64,000 nt of DNA from an uncultured Gemmatimonadaceae bacterium (GTDB lineage: Bacteria > Gemmatimonadota > Gemmatimonadetes > Gemmatimonadales > Gemmatimonadaceae), in the NCBI GenBank assembly GCA_963761305.1, contig CAVXGK010000002.1:960001-1024000 (forward strand), given 5' to 3'. The position numbers and the translations under genes are program-made. The notes below the pieces were generated by a model that ran no database searches, was not told where the DNA came from, and worked only from the letters and a program-made list of their open reading frames with translations. Of this stretch, positions 31,295-40,763 are shown in pieces; the stretch's first letter is position 1, and every line of letters starts with the position of its first letter.

Positions 31295-32092
31295 TCACTT
31301 GGACAACCGACGACGAGGTCGCCCCTGGCGTCCTACCCCAGGTTTTGACGCCGGTGCCGGACTTTCGGCACGCGGCGACGGCCCCAGCGCGGCGAGCGCC
31401 GATCGCTCCTCGCGCGTCAGCTCCCGCACCGCCCCGGAAGGTAGGCTGCCCAGCGAAATCGGCCCGAACCGTGTGCGCACCAGGCGTTCGACGCCGAGTC
31501 CAAGCGCGGTGCACAAACGGCGGACCTCGCGCTTGCGTCCTTCGGTGATGGTGACCTCGAGGTCCCAACGGTCGCGACCGATGTGGGTCGCGGAGATGCG
31601 CTTGGGATTCACGGGACCGTCGTCGAGCATCACTCCGTCGCGGGCGATGCGAACCGCTTCGTCTCCCTTGCCGGTGACCGTCGCGACATAGGTCCGCTCG
31701 ATCTCGCCGCGCGGATGCGACAACCGATGCGCGGCGTCGCCGTCGGTCGTGAGGAGCAAAAGCCCTTCGGTGAGATAGTCGAGCCGGCCGACGTAGGTGA
31801 GCCCGCGAACGTTCGGCGCGAGGTCGAACACGGTTCGACGGCCATCGGGGTCGGAACGGGTCGTCATCACACCGGCCGGTTTGTTCAGCACATACCAGAC
31901 CGACTCGCGCGGCGCTTCTATGGCTCGTCCGTCGACGACGATCTCATCGCGCGCGGGATCGACGACCTGCCCCGTTTGCGCGACGGCGCCGTTCACGCGG
32001 ACTCGTCCGGCGGCGATCAGTTCTTCGGCCTTTCTCCGCGACGCGACTCCGGCGCGTGCCAGCGCGCGCTGGATGCGCATCGTCCCGGCCAT
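31295..32092 (-). CDS. rluB: rRNA pseudouridine synthase (RluB/RsuA family)
   Basis: S4 domain SRRKAEELI, NKPAG, VGRLD, EGRKREVRR. Confidence 0.85.
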   Translation of the reverse strand: MAGTMRIQRALARAGVASRRKAEELIAAGRVRVNGAVAQTGQVVDPARDEIVVDGRAIEAPRESVWYVLNKPAGVMTTRSDPDGRRTVFDLAPNVRGLTYVGRLDYLTEGLLLLTTDGDAAHRLSHPRGEIERTYVATVTGKGDEAVRIARDGVMLDDGPVNPKRISATHIGRDRWDLEVTITEGRKREVRRLCTALGLGVERLVRTRFGPISLGSLPSGAVRELTREERSALAALGPSPRAESPAPASKPGVGRQGRPRRRLSK

Positions 32093-32093
32093 G

Positions 32094-32819
32094 CTACACG
32101 CTCGCTTCCGCGAGGCCCGCGGTATCGGCGTCGGCCGACTCCGCGGGAGAGTCGCCCGGCATCGTGTCGGCGCGCAGCGACGCAACCTCGACCAACCGGT
32201 CGGCCGGTTCGGTCGGATCGACGCGGCTGACAGGCTCCGCGACTTCCGCGCGCTCCGCTTTGTCGGCGGTCGCCGCGTCGTCGACGTGACCCGGGACGCG
32301 CAGCGCGATCGCCAGCTCGTCGGCGCGCGGCAGCTCTTCGAGATGACGCAGCGCGAAGTACTCGAGGAAGACCGGCGTCGTTCCGTAGAGAAGCGGCCGG
32401 CCAAGACCTTCACCGCGGCCCGTCACGTCGATGAGACCGCGCTCGTGGAGCGACTTGAGCACGCTCCCCACCATCACGCCGCGAATCTCTTCGATCTCGG
32501 CGCGCGAGATGGGTTGGCGATACGCGATGATGGCGAGCGTCTCGAGCGCGGCGCCGGAGAGTCGCGCCGGTCGCGCCGCCAACTGCGCTCGCTCGATCGC
32601 CTCGGTGTATTCGGCGCGCGTGAGAATCTGCCAGCCGCCGCCGAGCTCCTGCAGCTCGACGCCGTGGCCGTCGACGTTGTAGTGCTCGCGCAGCTCGTCG
32701 AGGGCGGACTGAAGTTCGGCGGGCGAGGCGTCCGGTTCGAGGACGGCGAGCTCCTCGGTCGCGATGGGCCGTGCGCTGGCGAACAGCGCGGCTTCAAGCA
32801 GCTTCGCTAGCGGCGTCAC
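32094..32819 (-). CDS. scpB: SMC-Scp complex subunit ScpB
   Basis: LEAALFAS, LETLAIIAYRQPISRAEIEEIRG, GRPLLYGTT. Confidence 0.95.
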   Translation of the reverse strand: MTPLAKLLEAALFASARPIATEELAVLEPDASPAELQSALDELREHYNVDGHGVELQELGGGWQILTRAEYTEAIERAQLAARPARLSGAALETLAIIAYRQPISRAEIEEIRGVMVGSVLKSLHERGLIDVTGRGEGLGRPLLYGTTPVFLEYFALRHLEELPRADELAIALRVPGHVDDAATADKAERAEVAEPVSRVDPTEPADRLVEVASLRADTMPGDSPAESADADTAGLAEASV

Positions 32820-33546
32820 GGGTGATCTCCACGTCGGCGAAAGGTCTGGGCTGGTCTACGCGTAGCTCGCCGATCTTGGCGAGTTCGAGCAGACCGAGGA
32901 GCGTCGAAAGAATCTGCCATGGCTCGGCGTCGCGCTGCACGAGCTGCGTCCAGCGGATGCGCGCCTTGAGGGCGAGCACAGAGCGAATGACGAGGATCGC
33001 GCCGGGAATGTCGAGCGCGCGCGGCACGACTTCGTGCATGTCGGGGCGCGCAACCGTACGAAGCACTCGGTCGACCGCGGCAAGCAGCTCGGCGAGCGAG
33101 AGCGCAAGCGGCGCCTGCGCGGCCACGGGAGCCTGCGGCAGATACGCGCGCGCGAACTGGTTGCGCCGCTCTTCGCCGCGACGCTCGAGGACGTCGACGA
33201 CTTCGCGCATCTGTTGGTACTCGAGGAGCCGGCGCACCAGCTCGGCGCGCGGATCCTCCCACTGCTCCTCGTCTCCGTGCGGCAACAACATCTGCGCCTT
33301 GATGCGCAGGAGCCGCGCCGCCATCTCGAGATACTCGGCGGCTTCGTTGAGCCCGAGGGTACGGATGCGCACGACGAACTGCTCGCAGATCCGCGCGATG
33401 GGGATGTCGTAGATGTCGAGCTGCTCTTCGCGAATGAGCGAGAGCAGCAGGTCGAGCGGTCCCGAGAACGACGAGACTTCGACGACGAAGCCGGTCTCGG
33501 TCGTCGTTGCGAACGCGTCGGGAACGTATGCCTGGGGGGGGGTCAT
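32794..33546 (-). CDS. scpA: Segregation/condensation protein ScpA
   Basis: FSGPLDLLLSLI, EYLEMAARLLRIK, DPRAELVRRLLEY. Confidence 0.95.
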   Translation of the reverse strand: MTPPQAYVPDAFATTTETGFVVEVSSFSGPLDLLLSLIREEQLDIYDIPIARICEQFVVRIRTLGLNEAAEYLEMAARLLRIKAQMLLPHGDEEQWEDPRAELVRRLLEYQQMREVVDVLERRGEERRNQFARAYLPQAPVAAQAPLALSLAELLAAVDRVLRTVARPDMHEVVPRALDIPGAILVIRSVLALKARIRWTQLVQRDAEPWQILSTLLGLLELAKIGELRVDQPRPFADVEITRDAASEAA

Positions 33547-33553
33547 TGGGTGG

Positions 33554-34237
33554 TCAGGCGAGCCACTCGGGAAGGTTCGGCAGCGCGTACGGCCCGAGCA
33601 ATCCGCCGATGAACGAATCGGCCGACCGCTGCCACAGGCCCAGTACGTTGCCGCCAAACGCGAGAAACAACACGAGGATCACGATACCATACCGACCGAT
33701 CTGTTGGTACCAGACCGCCAGCCGCAGCGGCAGCAGATATTTCACCACGTGCGAGCCGTCGAGCGGCGGAATCGGGAGCAGGTTGAAGACCACGAGCAGC
33801 AGGTTGAGCTGCACCGCGACGTACATCATCGCTTGCAGAATGGTGAGCGTCGTCTCAAGTCCGGAGACCGCGTGTCCGACCAGACCGACCAGAACGAAGA
33901 CGATCATCGCGACGATCGCGATGAGGAGGTTCACGGTCACGCCGGCCAGCGACACGATGATGTCGCCACGCTTGAAGTTGCGGTAGTTCCGCGGATTCAC
34001 CGGCACCGGCTTCGCCCCGCCGAGGATGATTCGGCCGCCGCTCGAGACCGCGAGCACGAGCGGCAGGATCACCGTCATGAACGGATCGATGTGCTTGATG
34101 GGATTCCACGTGAGACGACCGAGACTCAGGGCGGTGGTATCCCCCTGCTTGAGTGCCGCATAGCCGTGCGCGTACTCGTGCGCGATGACCGAGAACAGCA
34201 GCACCGGCGCGGCGAGCAAGACATCCTGGATTTGCAA
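33554..34237 (-). CDS. Site-2 protease family (M50) membrane metalloprotease
   Basis: HEYAH, AKPVPVNP, FNLLPIPPLDG; start (TTG) uncertain. Confidence 0.9.
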   Translation of the reverse strand: MQIQDVLLAAPVLLFSVIAHEYAHGYAALKQGDTTALSLGRLTWNPIKHIDPFMTVILPLVLAVSSGGRIILGGAKPVPVNPRNYRNFKRGDIIVSLAGVTVNLLIAIVAMIVFVLVGLVGHAVSGLETTLTILQAMMYVAVQLNLLLVVFNLLPIPPLDGSHVVKYLLPLRLAVWYQQIGRYGIVILVLFLAFGGNVLGLWQRSADSFIGGLLGPYALPNLPEWLA

Positions 34238-34359
34238 CGGTCGGCGGTCGGGAACAGGTTGGCGGTCGTCGTCCCGGTCGCGTGCGCCCCGCGCCGGGCA
34301 TGGCGGTCCCGCGCGTAAGGTAGTAGTGCGCGAGTAGTGTGTCAAAGCCTTATCGCGCC

Positions 34360-34388
34360 TTGACTTTCGTGTTATTAAACTCTAGCTT
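34360..34388 (+). promoter_or_regulatory. Sigma70-type promoter of rpsT
   Basis: TTGACT-N17-TAGCTT in an AT-rich patch. Confidence 0.65.
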
Positions 34389-34438
34389 CAACGCCTCGCC
34401 AAAGCACCATCGCTCTATCGAATCCGGAGACCCGTTTC

Positions 34439-34672
34439 GTGCCGAATATCGCGTCCGCCAAGAAGAATATGCGCAAGACCCGCGCAGCCACTGTCCGCAA
34501 CCGCGCGCAACGCGCCGCACTGCGAACGGCGGTCAAGAAAGCGGCCGCGCCGGGCGCCACCGCGTCGGCGAAACTGGCCGCGGTGAAGCTGCTCGATCGC
34601 GCGGCCCGCAAGGGACTCATTCATCGGAACACCGCCGCGCGGCGAAAGTCCGCCATCGCCAAGACAGCCTAA
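34439..34672 (+). CDS. rpsT: 30S ribosomal protein S20
   Basis: MPNIASAKK...LDRAARKGLIHRNTAARRKS. Confidence 0.95.
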   Translation: MPNIASAKKNMRKTRAATVRNRAQRAALRTAVKKAAAPGATASAKLAAVKLLDRAARKGLIHRNTAARRKSAIAKTA

Positions 34673-34692
34673 AGCGCGAGTCGCCTCGAAAC

Positions 34693-34731
34693 AAACGAAA
34701 GAGCCCGGGTCTCCGGGCTCTTTCGTTTTTT
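34693..34731 (+). terminator. Intrinsic (probably bidirectional) terminator
   Basis: AAACGAAAGAGCCCGG-GTCT-CCGGGCTCTTTCGTTT followed by T run. Confidence 0.9.
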
Positions 34732-34809
34732 CGTCGTACTCGCCGCTCGTTACCTTCGCCCTTCGTCAACTTCGCAGTTCGTTCCCTTCGGAGTTCGTCA
34801 CGTTCGCCG
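34730..34809. repeat. 5 x 16-bp degenerate tandem repeat (TTCGTNNNNNTCGNNN)
   Basis: ttcgtcgtactcgccg ctcgttaccttcgccc ttcgtcaacttcgcag ttcgttcccttcggag ttcgtcacgttcgccg. Confidence 0.7.
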
Positions 34810-34817
34810 TTCGGAGT

Positions 34818-35876
34818 TCACAGTGCCGCGAGCTCCGCGCCGCAGCGTTCGCAGTACCACTCCGTCGGATAGTTTAGCGCTCCGCACTCGCTGCACTTGA
34901 GCGTTTTCGACTGCTCCGTTTGACCCGACGTGCGCAGCACGATCGGCGTATTGGAGGGGACGTTTGCCGCGAGCGGACGGTCGACCCGCGACGGGTCGAT
35001 GCGCACCGTGTCGATCAGCGATTCCTGTGACGCGCGCCCACGCAGCGGCACGTTCGCGCTGCCGACGTCGCGCACGACTCGAGTCGGAGCCGGCGGCGCA
35101 GCCGGCGCGGCGGTGTTTCCTTCCGCGCCCACCACGTTGCGCACGAACGCCATCTCGTCGAAACGTCCGTCCGGGGTGCGCACGCCGCGTTCCGGCGGAG
35201 GCGGTTCGGTGGACGGGATGATCGGCTCCGCGCGCTCGGTCTTGGCGGTGGCCATGGCGGGCACGTTCGGCGCCGCCGGGGGCGCGTACGCGGCCGGACG
35301 CGGCGGTGCGGGCGGCGGCGGCGGGCTGATCGGTGCGGCAGCGCGTGGAGCGGCCGGCACCGGCGCCGGCGCCGGCGCCGAAATCGGAACACTCGCGATA
35401 CCAATTGGCGGCGACTCGATCCCCGCACCGGCGATCGGCGTCGAAAACGGCTTGAGCTCGAGCATCGTGTCCAACTCGCTGATGCGCGCCGACAGCCCCG
35501 TCTTTTCTCCGACCAGTTGCTTCAGCGCGTCATCCACCGCCTTGAACGCCGACTCGGCCTCACTCCCCGCCAACTCACCGACGTGTTGGCGCAGCTCGAG
35601 CTCCGCGCGCTCGTCGCGCCGGAGCTGTTCCTCGGCCTCGAGGAGCGATCGGCGCGAATGCAGGCTCGAACGCTCCTCCTGCACCGCTTGGCGATGCACG
35701 GCCAGCTCTTCATCTACCCGCTCCAGGCGACCCGTATAGTCGGCCTTCACGCGCTCGAAGACATGCTGCGGCGTGATGTCGCGCCGAGCCTCGAGGGCAC
35801 TCAGCCACTTCTCGTATTTACGGCGCTCCGCCAAAAGGGCCGGTAGCTCCTGCAGCGAACGATTCGTATCGGTCAT
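34818..35876 (-). CDS. Hypothetical coiled-coil, Pro-rich linker, C-terminal zinc-ribbon protein
   Basis: N-terminal coiled coil; C-terminal CSECG..N.PTEWYCERCG. Confidence 0.8.
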   Translation of the reverse strand: MTDTNRSLQELPALLAERRKYEKWLSALEARRDITPQHVFERVKADYTGRLERVDEELAVHRQAVQEERSSLHSRRSLLEAEEQLRRDERAELELRQHVGELAGSEAESAFKAVDDALKQLVGEKTGLSARISELDTMLELKPFSTPIAGAGIESPPIGIASVPISAPAPAPVPAAPRAAAPISPPPPPAPPRPAAYAPPAAPNVPAMATAKTERAEPIIPSTEPPPPERGVRTPDGRFDEMAFVRNVVGAEGNTAAPAAPPAPTRVVRDVGSANVPLRGRASQESLIDTVRIDPSRVDRPLAANVPSNTPIVLRTSGQTEQSKTLKCSECGALNYPTEWYCERCGAELAAL

Positions 35877-36517
35877 CGATGATCCTCGTGCCTCGAGCGA
35901 AGGGCGTCGACGTCGGCGACATTCAACTCCCGCACTTTGCCAACCGCGCGGGCCGCGAGCAAAATGCGCGCGGCGTGTTCCAGACTTTCCATTCTGTGGT
36001 GCGCCTCGGTCAGAGTCGCCCCGAGCGTGGTGGCTCCGTGGTTGGCCAGCAGCAGTGCGTCGTGGTGATCGAGATACGGATCCAGCGCATCCGCCAGCGC
36101 ATCCGTTCCGGGCGTGGCATATGGAACCAGCGGAACCTCGCCCATCTGCAAGATAACTTCCGGCAGCACGGGCGCCATAAAAGCTTCGCCAGCGACCGCA
36201 AACCCGGTTGCCGTGGGAGGATGCGCGTGCACGACGGCGCGAACATCCGGCCGGCGCGCGTAGATACGAAGGTGCATCCGAAGCTCGCTCGATGGTCGCA
36301 GATTCCCCTCGAGCACCGTCCCTTCGGTGTCGACGATCACGAGGTGTTCCGGGGTCACAATCCCCTTCGACATCCCGCTCGGCGTGACGAGGATGGACCC
36401 GTCGGAGAGCCGGGCCGACACGTTGCCGTCCGGCCCCGCGATCAACCCGCGCTCGTACAGCCGCCGGCACACGCCGACGATCGCCAGGCCGGCTGCGTCG
36501 CGGTCGCGAGCCGCCAC
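35873..36517 (-). CDS. Class II aldolase/adducin family protein
   Basis: DGNVSAR, TPSG, PSSELRMH, VHAHPP, NHG. Confidence 0.92.
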   Translation of the reverse strand: MAARDRDAAGLAIVGVCRRLYERGLIAGPDGNVSARLSDGSILVTPSGMSKGIVTPEHLVIVDTEGTVLEGNLRPSSELRMHLRIYARRPDVRAVVHAHPPTATGFAVAGEAFMAPVLPEVILQMGEVPLVPYATPGTDALADALDPYLDHHDALLLANHGATTLGATLTEAHHRMESLEHAARILLAARAVGKVRELNVADVDALRSRHEDHR

Positions 36518-37872
36518 TATCCCCTCGGTCTCCTGCCCCCGCCGCCAACCCCGCCCCTGGCGCCAATGCCTGCCGCGGCGGCGTCGTGAACGACGCGACC
36601 ATCGACCACCGTCCATCGAACTCGCCCACGAAGTGTCTGACCGGTGTAGGGCGTGTTGCGACCCTTCGACTTGAATGCCGCCGGATCGACCGTCCATTCC
36701 ACGTCGGGGTCGAACACCGTGATGTCGGCCGCGCTGCCTCGGCGCAGCGTTCCACCCGGCAGCTTGAAGACGCGAGCGGGCGCGCACGACATCTTTTCGA
36801 TGAGCGTGGGCAAGTCGATCCGTTTCGGCGCCACGAGCCACGTGAGATTCACCGCGAGCGCCGTCTCGAGTCCGACGATGCCGTTCGGTGCGTCGGCAAA
36901 CTCGCGCTCTTTTTCGTCATAGTGGTGCGGCGCGTGGTCGGTGGCGATGAGATCGATCGTTCCGTCGCGCACCGCCTCCTGAATCGCCGCCACGTCGTCC
37001 GCCGTGCGAAGCGGCGGATTCATCTTGGCGTTCGTGTCGTAGTCACCGACGGCGTCTTCGGTGAGTGAGAGATGGTGCGGGCAGACTTCGGCCGTCACGT
37101 TGATGCCGCGCTCCTTGCCCCAGCGAATCAGCTCGACCGAGCCGCGCGTGCTCATGTGACAGAGATGAATGTGCCCGCCCGTGCGCCGCGCGAGGAGAAT
37201 GTCGCGGATCGCCATGATCTCCTCGGCTTCCGACGGCACACCCTTGAGTCCCAGGCGCGCGCTGACGATGCCCTCGTTCATCGCGCCGCCCTTGGCGAGC
37301 GTCGGCTCCTCGCAATGGTCGGCGACGGGAATCCCGAACGTGCGCGCGTACTCGAGCGCCGTGCGCATGAGATGCGCGCTCGCCACCGGCCGGCCGTCGT
37401 CGCTCACCGCCACGGCGCCGGCCGCCACCATCTCTCCAAACTCGGCCAGCGATTCGCCTCTTTGTCCGACGGAGATCGCGCCGATCGGATAGACGCGCGC
37501 GGCGTTGGCGCGCTGCGCCTGCCGGATGATGAATCCCACCGCCGCCTGGTTGTCGGTGACGGGATCGGTGTTCGGCATCGCGCACACCGCGGTGAATCCG
37601 CCCGCCGCCGCGGCCCGAGCACCGGTGGCGATCGTCTCGACCTCTTCGCGGCCCGGCTCGCGCAGATGACAATGCACGTCGACGAAGCCTGGCGACACGA
37701 CGAGCCCCGTGCAGTCGAGCGTCTCGAGTCCCTCGCGTCCCTTGGCGTCGTTGCCGGCGCGTGGCCCGACCGCCGCGATCTCACCGTCGATCACGAGCAC
37801 GTCGCCGGTTTCGTCGAGCGACTGCGACGGGTCGACGACGCGACCGCCGCGCAGGAGCAGCGAGCGACTCAT
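36517..37872 (-). CDS. pyrC: Dihydroorotase
   Basis: [28 protein letters not shown]. Confidence 0.95.
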   Translation of the reverse strand: MSRSLLLRGGRVVDPSQSLDETGDVLVIDGEIAAVGPRAGNDAKGREGLETLDCTGLVVSPGFVDVHCHLREPGREEVETIATGARAAAAGGFTAVCAMPNTDPVTDNQAAVGFIIRQAQRANAARVYPIGAISVGQRGESLAEFGEMVAAGAVAVSDDGRPVASAHLMRTALEYARTFGIPVADHCEEPTLAKGGAMNEGIVSARLGLKGVPSEAEEIMAIRDILLARRTGGHIHLCHMSTRGSVELIRWGKERGINVTAEVCPHHLSLTEDAVGDYDTNAKMNPPLRTADDVAAIQEAVRDGTIDLIATDHAPHHYDEKEREFADAPNGIVGLETALAVNLTWLVAPKRIDLPTLIEKMSCAPARVFKLPGGTLRRGSAADITVFDPDVEWTVDPAAFKSKGRNTPYTGQTLRGRVRWTVVDGRVVHDAAAAGIGARGGVGGGGRRPRG

Positions 37873-38834
37873 CGTTCACCTCCACCCTTTTTCGCCGCTT
37901 CGGCCAACTCGGGCCGGCCACCCGAAAGGAGATAAAGCACCGCCATTCGTACCGCGACGCCGTTCGTCACTTGGTCGAGGATCACGCTGAAGGGACCGTC
38001 GGCGACGTCCGAGTCGATCTCGACGCCGCGGTTCATCGGTCCAGGGTGGAGAATGAGCACGTCGCGCTTGGCGGCGTCCAGCCGCTCGCGCGACACACCG
38101 AACACGCGATTGTACTCGCGCAGCGAGGGGATGTAGCCGGCAGTCATGCGCTCGAGTTGCAGGCGCAGAATGTTGAGCGCGTCCGCCCACTCGAGCGCCG
38201 TTTCCACGCGATCGAACACCGTGACGCCGAACTCGTCGATCGCGTTGGGCAGCAGCGACCTCGGCCCGCAGACGCCGACCTGCGCGCCCATCTTCTGCAG
38301 TCCCCAGATGTTCGATCGGGCGACGCGCGAGTGCAGCACGTCGCCGACGATGCATACCTTGATGCCGTCGAGCCGCTTGAAGTGATCGCGCAGCGTCAGC
38401 ATGTCGAGCAGTCCCTGTGTCGGGTGCTCGTGCGTGCCGTCGCCGGCGTTGATCACGTTCGACTCGATGCGGTCGGCGAGAAACTTCGCCGCGCCCGACG
38501 CACCGTGCCGAATGACGACCATGTCGATCCGCATCGCCTCGAGATTGCGTGCCGTGTCGACCAGCGTCTCGCCCTTCGACACGCTCGATCCCGAGGCCGC
38601 GACGTTCACCGTGTCGGCCGAGAGGCGCTTTTCAGCGAACTCGAACGACACGCGCGTGCGCGTGGACGCCTCGAAGAACAGATTGACGATCGTCGCGCCG
38701 CGCAGCGTCGGCACCTTCTTGATCGCGCGCTCGCTGATTTCCTTGAACGGCTCGGCGGTGTCGAGAATCAACCGGATTTGCTCGCCGCTCAGTGGCTCGA
38801 GCCCCAGGAGATCCTTGCCGAGCGAGTGAATCAC
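37869..38834 (-). CDS. pyrB: Aspartate carbamoyltransferase catalytic subunit
   Basis: [32 protein letters not shown]. Confidence 0.96.
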   Translation of the reverse strand: MIHSLGKDLLGLEPLSGEQIRLILDTAEPFKEISERAIKKVPTLRGATIVNLFFEASTRTRVSFEFAEKRLSADTVNVAASGSSVSKGETLVDTARNLEAMRIDMVVIRHGASGAAKFLADRIESNVINAGDGTHEHPTQGLLDMLTLRDHFKRLDGIKVCIVGDVLHSRVARSNIWGLQKMGAQVGVCGPRSLLPNAIDEFGVTVFDRVETALEWADALNILRLQLERMTAGYIPSLREYNRVFGVSRERLDAAKRDVLILHPGPMNRGVEIDSDVADGPFSVILDQVTNGVAVRMAVLYLLSGGRPELAEAAKKGGGER

Positions 38835-39388
38835 GCGGTGTCCTCGCGTTGCGTGATCATCACGCCCTTTTTGCCGTCGATGTCCTCGACCAGCACATCG
38901 ACGCGCTGCGACGGCGGCGCGGAGATCGTCTTGCCGACGATGTCCGGTTGGATCGGCAGCTCGCGGCCGCCCCGGTCGATGAGAACGGCCAACGCGATTC
39001 GCCGTGGCCTTCCGAAGTCGGCCAGCTCGTCGAGCGCGGCGCGGATCGTTCGCCCGGTGTAGAGCACGTCGTCGACGATGACGACGCACTGGCCGTCGAT
39101 GTCGACCGGAATCTCGGTCTGGCCGACGACGGGGCGTGGTCCGACCGTCTGGAGGTCGTCGCGATAAAGCGTGATGTCGAGCGCGCCGCGGGGGACGTCG
39201 GCCTTCTCGCGCTCGCTGATCGTGGAGACGATGTGCGCCGCGAGCTGCACGCCGCGGCGCTGAATACCGACGATGACGAGGTCGTCGGTTCCCTCGTTCA
39301 GTTCAACGATCTCGTCGGCCATTCGCCGAACGGTCCGGTCGAAGGCCCTCGCGTCGAGGACGATAGTCTGTTTTGGCGGCGCGGCCAT
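38831..39388 (-). CDS. pyrR: PyrR bifunctional regulator / uracil phosphoribosyltransferase
   Basis: [28 protein letters not shown]. Confidence 0.95.
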   Translation of the reverse strand: MAAPPKQTIVLDARAFDRTVRRMADEIVELNEGTDDLVIVGIQRRGVQLAAHIVSTISEREKADVPRGALDITLYRDDLQTVGPRPVVGQTEIPVDIDGQCVVIVDDVLYTGRTIRAALDELADFGRPRRIALAVLIDRGGRELPIQPDIVGKTISAPPSQRVDVLVEDIDGKKGVMITQREDTA

Positions 39389-39610
39389 CGGGAGCAGAAT
39401 ATAGAAGGGTCCCGGTCCGCGTGTCGACGCCACTGCCCGGACGGCCCGGTCCGGGCCGATCGGTTGAACCCGCTCGGCGGGCGGCGGCGCTCTGTAACGG
39501 TCGACCAACGAGGTCAGTTCTTCTCGCCAATGGTTGTCATTGCGGCGTCAGGTTCGTTTCCCCGGGTCCGCCTACATTCGACCGAGTTTCCACGGTCTCA
39601 CGGAGCTCTT

Positions 39611-40627
39611 ATGCGTCGCCTCGCCGCCGGCATTCTCGCGTGCGCCATCAGCAGCTTGCCCGCCCAGTCGCCCTCATATCACATCTCTCATACCTATCCG
39701 CTGGGCGGCGACGGCAGTTGGGACTACGTCGTTCCCGATCCTCCGCATCACCGCGTGTTCATCGGCCGCCAGAACCGCGTGATGGTCGTCAACGCCGACG
39801 ACGGAACGCTCCTGGGCGAGGTGACCGGCATCAACGGTGCGCACGGCACGGCGATCGCCGAACAATCCGGTCATGGTTTTGCGACGTCGGGCAACGACAG
39901 CTCGGTCGTGATGTTCGATCTGGCGACGTACAAGGTGCTCGGCCGCACGCACGCCGCCGAGGACGCGGATGCGATCATCTATGATGCCGCGTGGAACCGC
40001 GTGTTCACGTTCAACGGCGACGCGCATTCGTCCACCGTCATCGATCCCGCGACCGGCAAGTTGATCACCAACATCGACCTCGGCGGGAAACCCGAGTACG
40101 GCGTCTCCGCCGGCGACGGGAAGGTGTACGCGAATCTCACCGACAACGGCGAGGTCGTCGAGATCGATGCGAAGAACCTCAAGGTGACCCGCCGCTGGTC
40201 CACCGCGCCGTGCAAGAATCCCGTGTCGATGGCGATCGACGTCACGCATCACCGGTTGTTCAGCGGCTGCCGCAGCGGCGTGATGGCCGTGTCGGACTAC
40301 GCGGCGGGAAAGGTCGTGACGACGCTGCCCATCGGATCAGGCGTCGACGGCGCGGGCTACGATCCGGCGAGTGGCAACGCCTTCGCGTCGAACGCCGACG
40401 GCACGCTCACGGTGATCCACGAAGACACGCCGGACGCGTATCACGTCGTCGAAACGGTGCAGACCATGACCGGCTCGCGGAACATGGGGCTCGACCCGAC
40501 GACGCACCGAATCTTTCTCGCCGGCGCGAAGTTCGGCGCGGCGCCGGAGAATGCCGGCGGGCGGCGCGGCCGGCCCCCGATGGTGCCGGGGTCATTTGTC
40601 GTGCTGGTCGTCGAGCCAAATCCTTAG
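39611..40627 (+). CDS. Secreted YncE-like beta-propeller protein
   Basis: Signal peptide; GGDGSWDY, HGTAI, GKPE repeats. Confidence 0.8.
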   Translation: MRRLAAGILACAISSLPAQSPSYHISHTYPLGGDGSWDYVVPDPPHHRVFIGRQNRVMVVNADDGTLLGEVTGINGAHGTAIAEQSGHGFATSGNDSSVVMFDLATYKVLGRTHAAEDADAIIYDAAWNRVFTFNGDAHSSTVIDPATGKLITNIDLGGKPEYGVSAGDGKVYANLTDNGEVVEIDAKNLKVTRRWSTAPCKNPVSMAIDVTHHRLFSGCRSGVMAVSDYAAGKVVTTLPIGSGVDGAGYDPASGNAFASNADGTLTVIHEDTPDAYHVVETVQTMTGSRNMGLDPTTHRIFLAGAKFGAAPENAGGRRGRPPMVPGSFVVLVVEPNP

Positions 40628-40631
40628 GAGC

Positions 40632-40751
40632 CAACTGCCGCCGGCAGTTGTCAGTTGGGGGTTTCGGTAGGAGTGATCAGTTCGCGATGCCGCGAAGCGC
40701 AGCAGCACTCACTCGACACTCGAATCGATCACCGTCAACTGACGACTGCCG
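40632..40751. repeat. Nested inverted-repeat element (REP/MITE-like or terminator)
   Basis: CGGCAGTTGTCAGTTG (40642-57) versus CAACTGACGACTGCCG (40736-51), 15/16 match; further IRs at 40632-50 and 40681-96. Confidence 0.55.
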
Positions 40752-40763
40752 TTCCAGCGCCAC

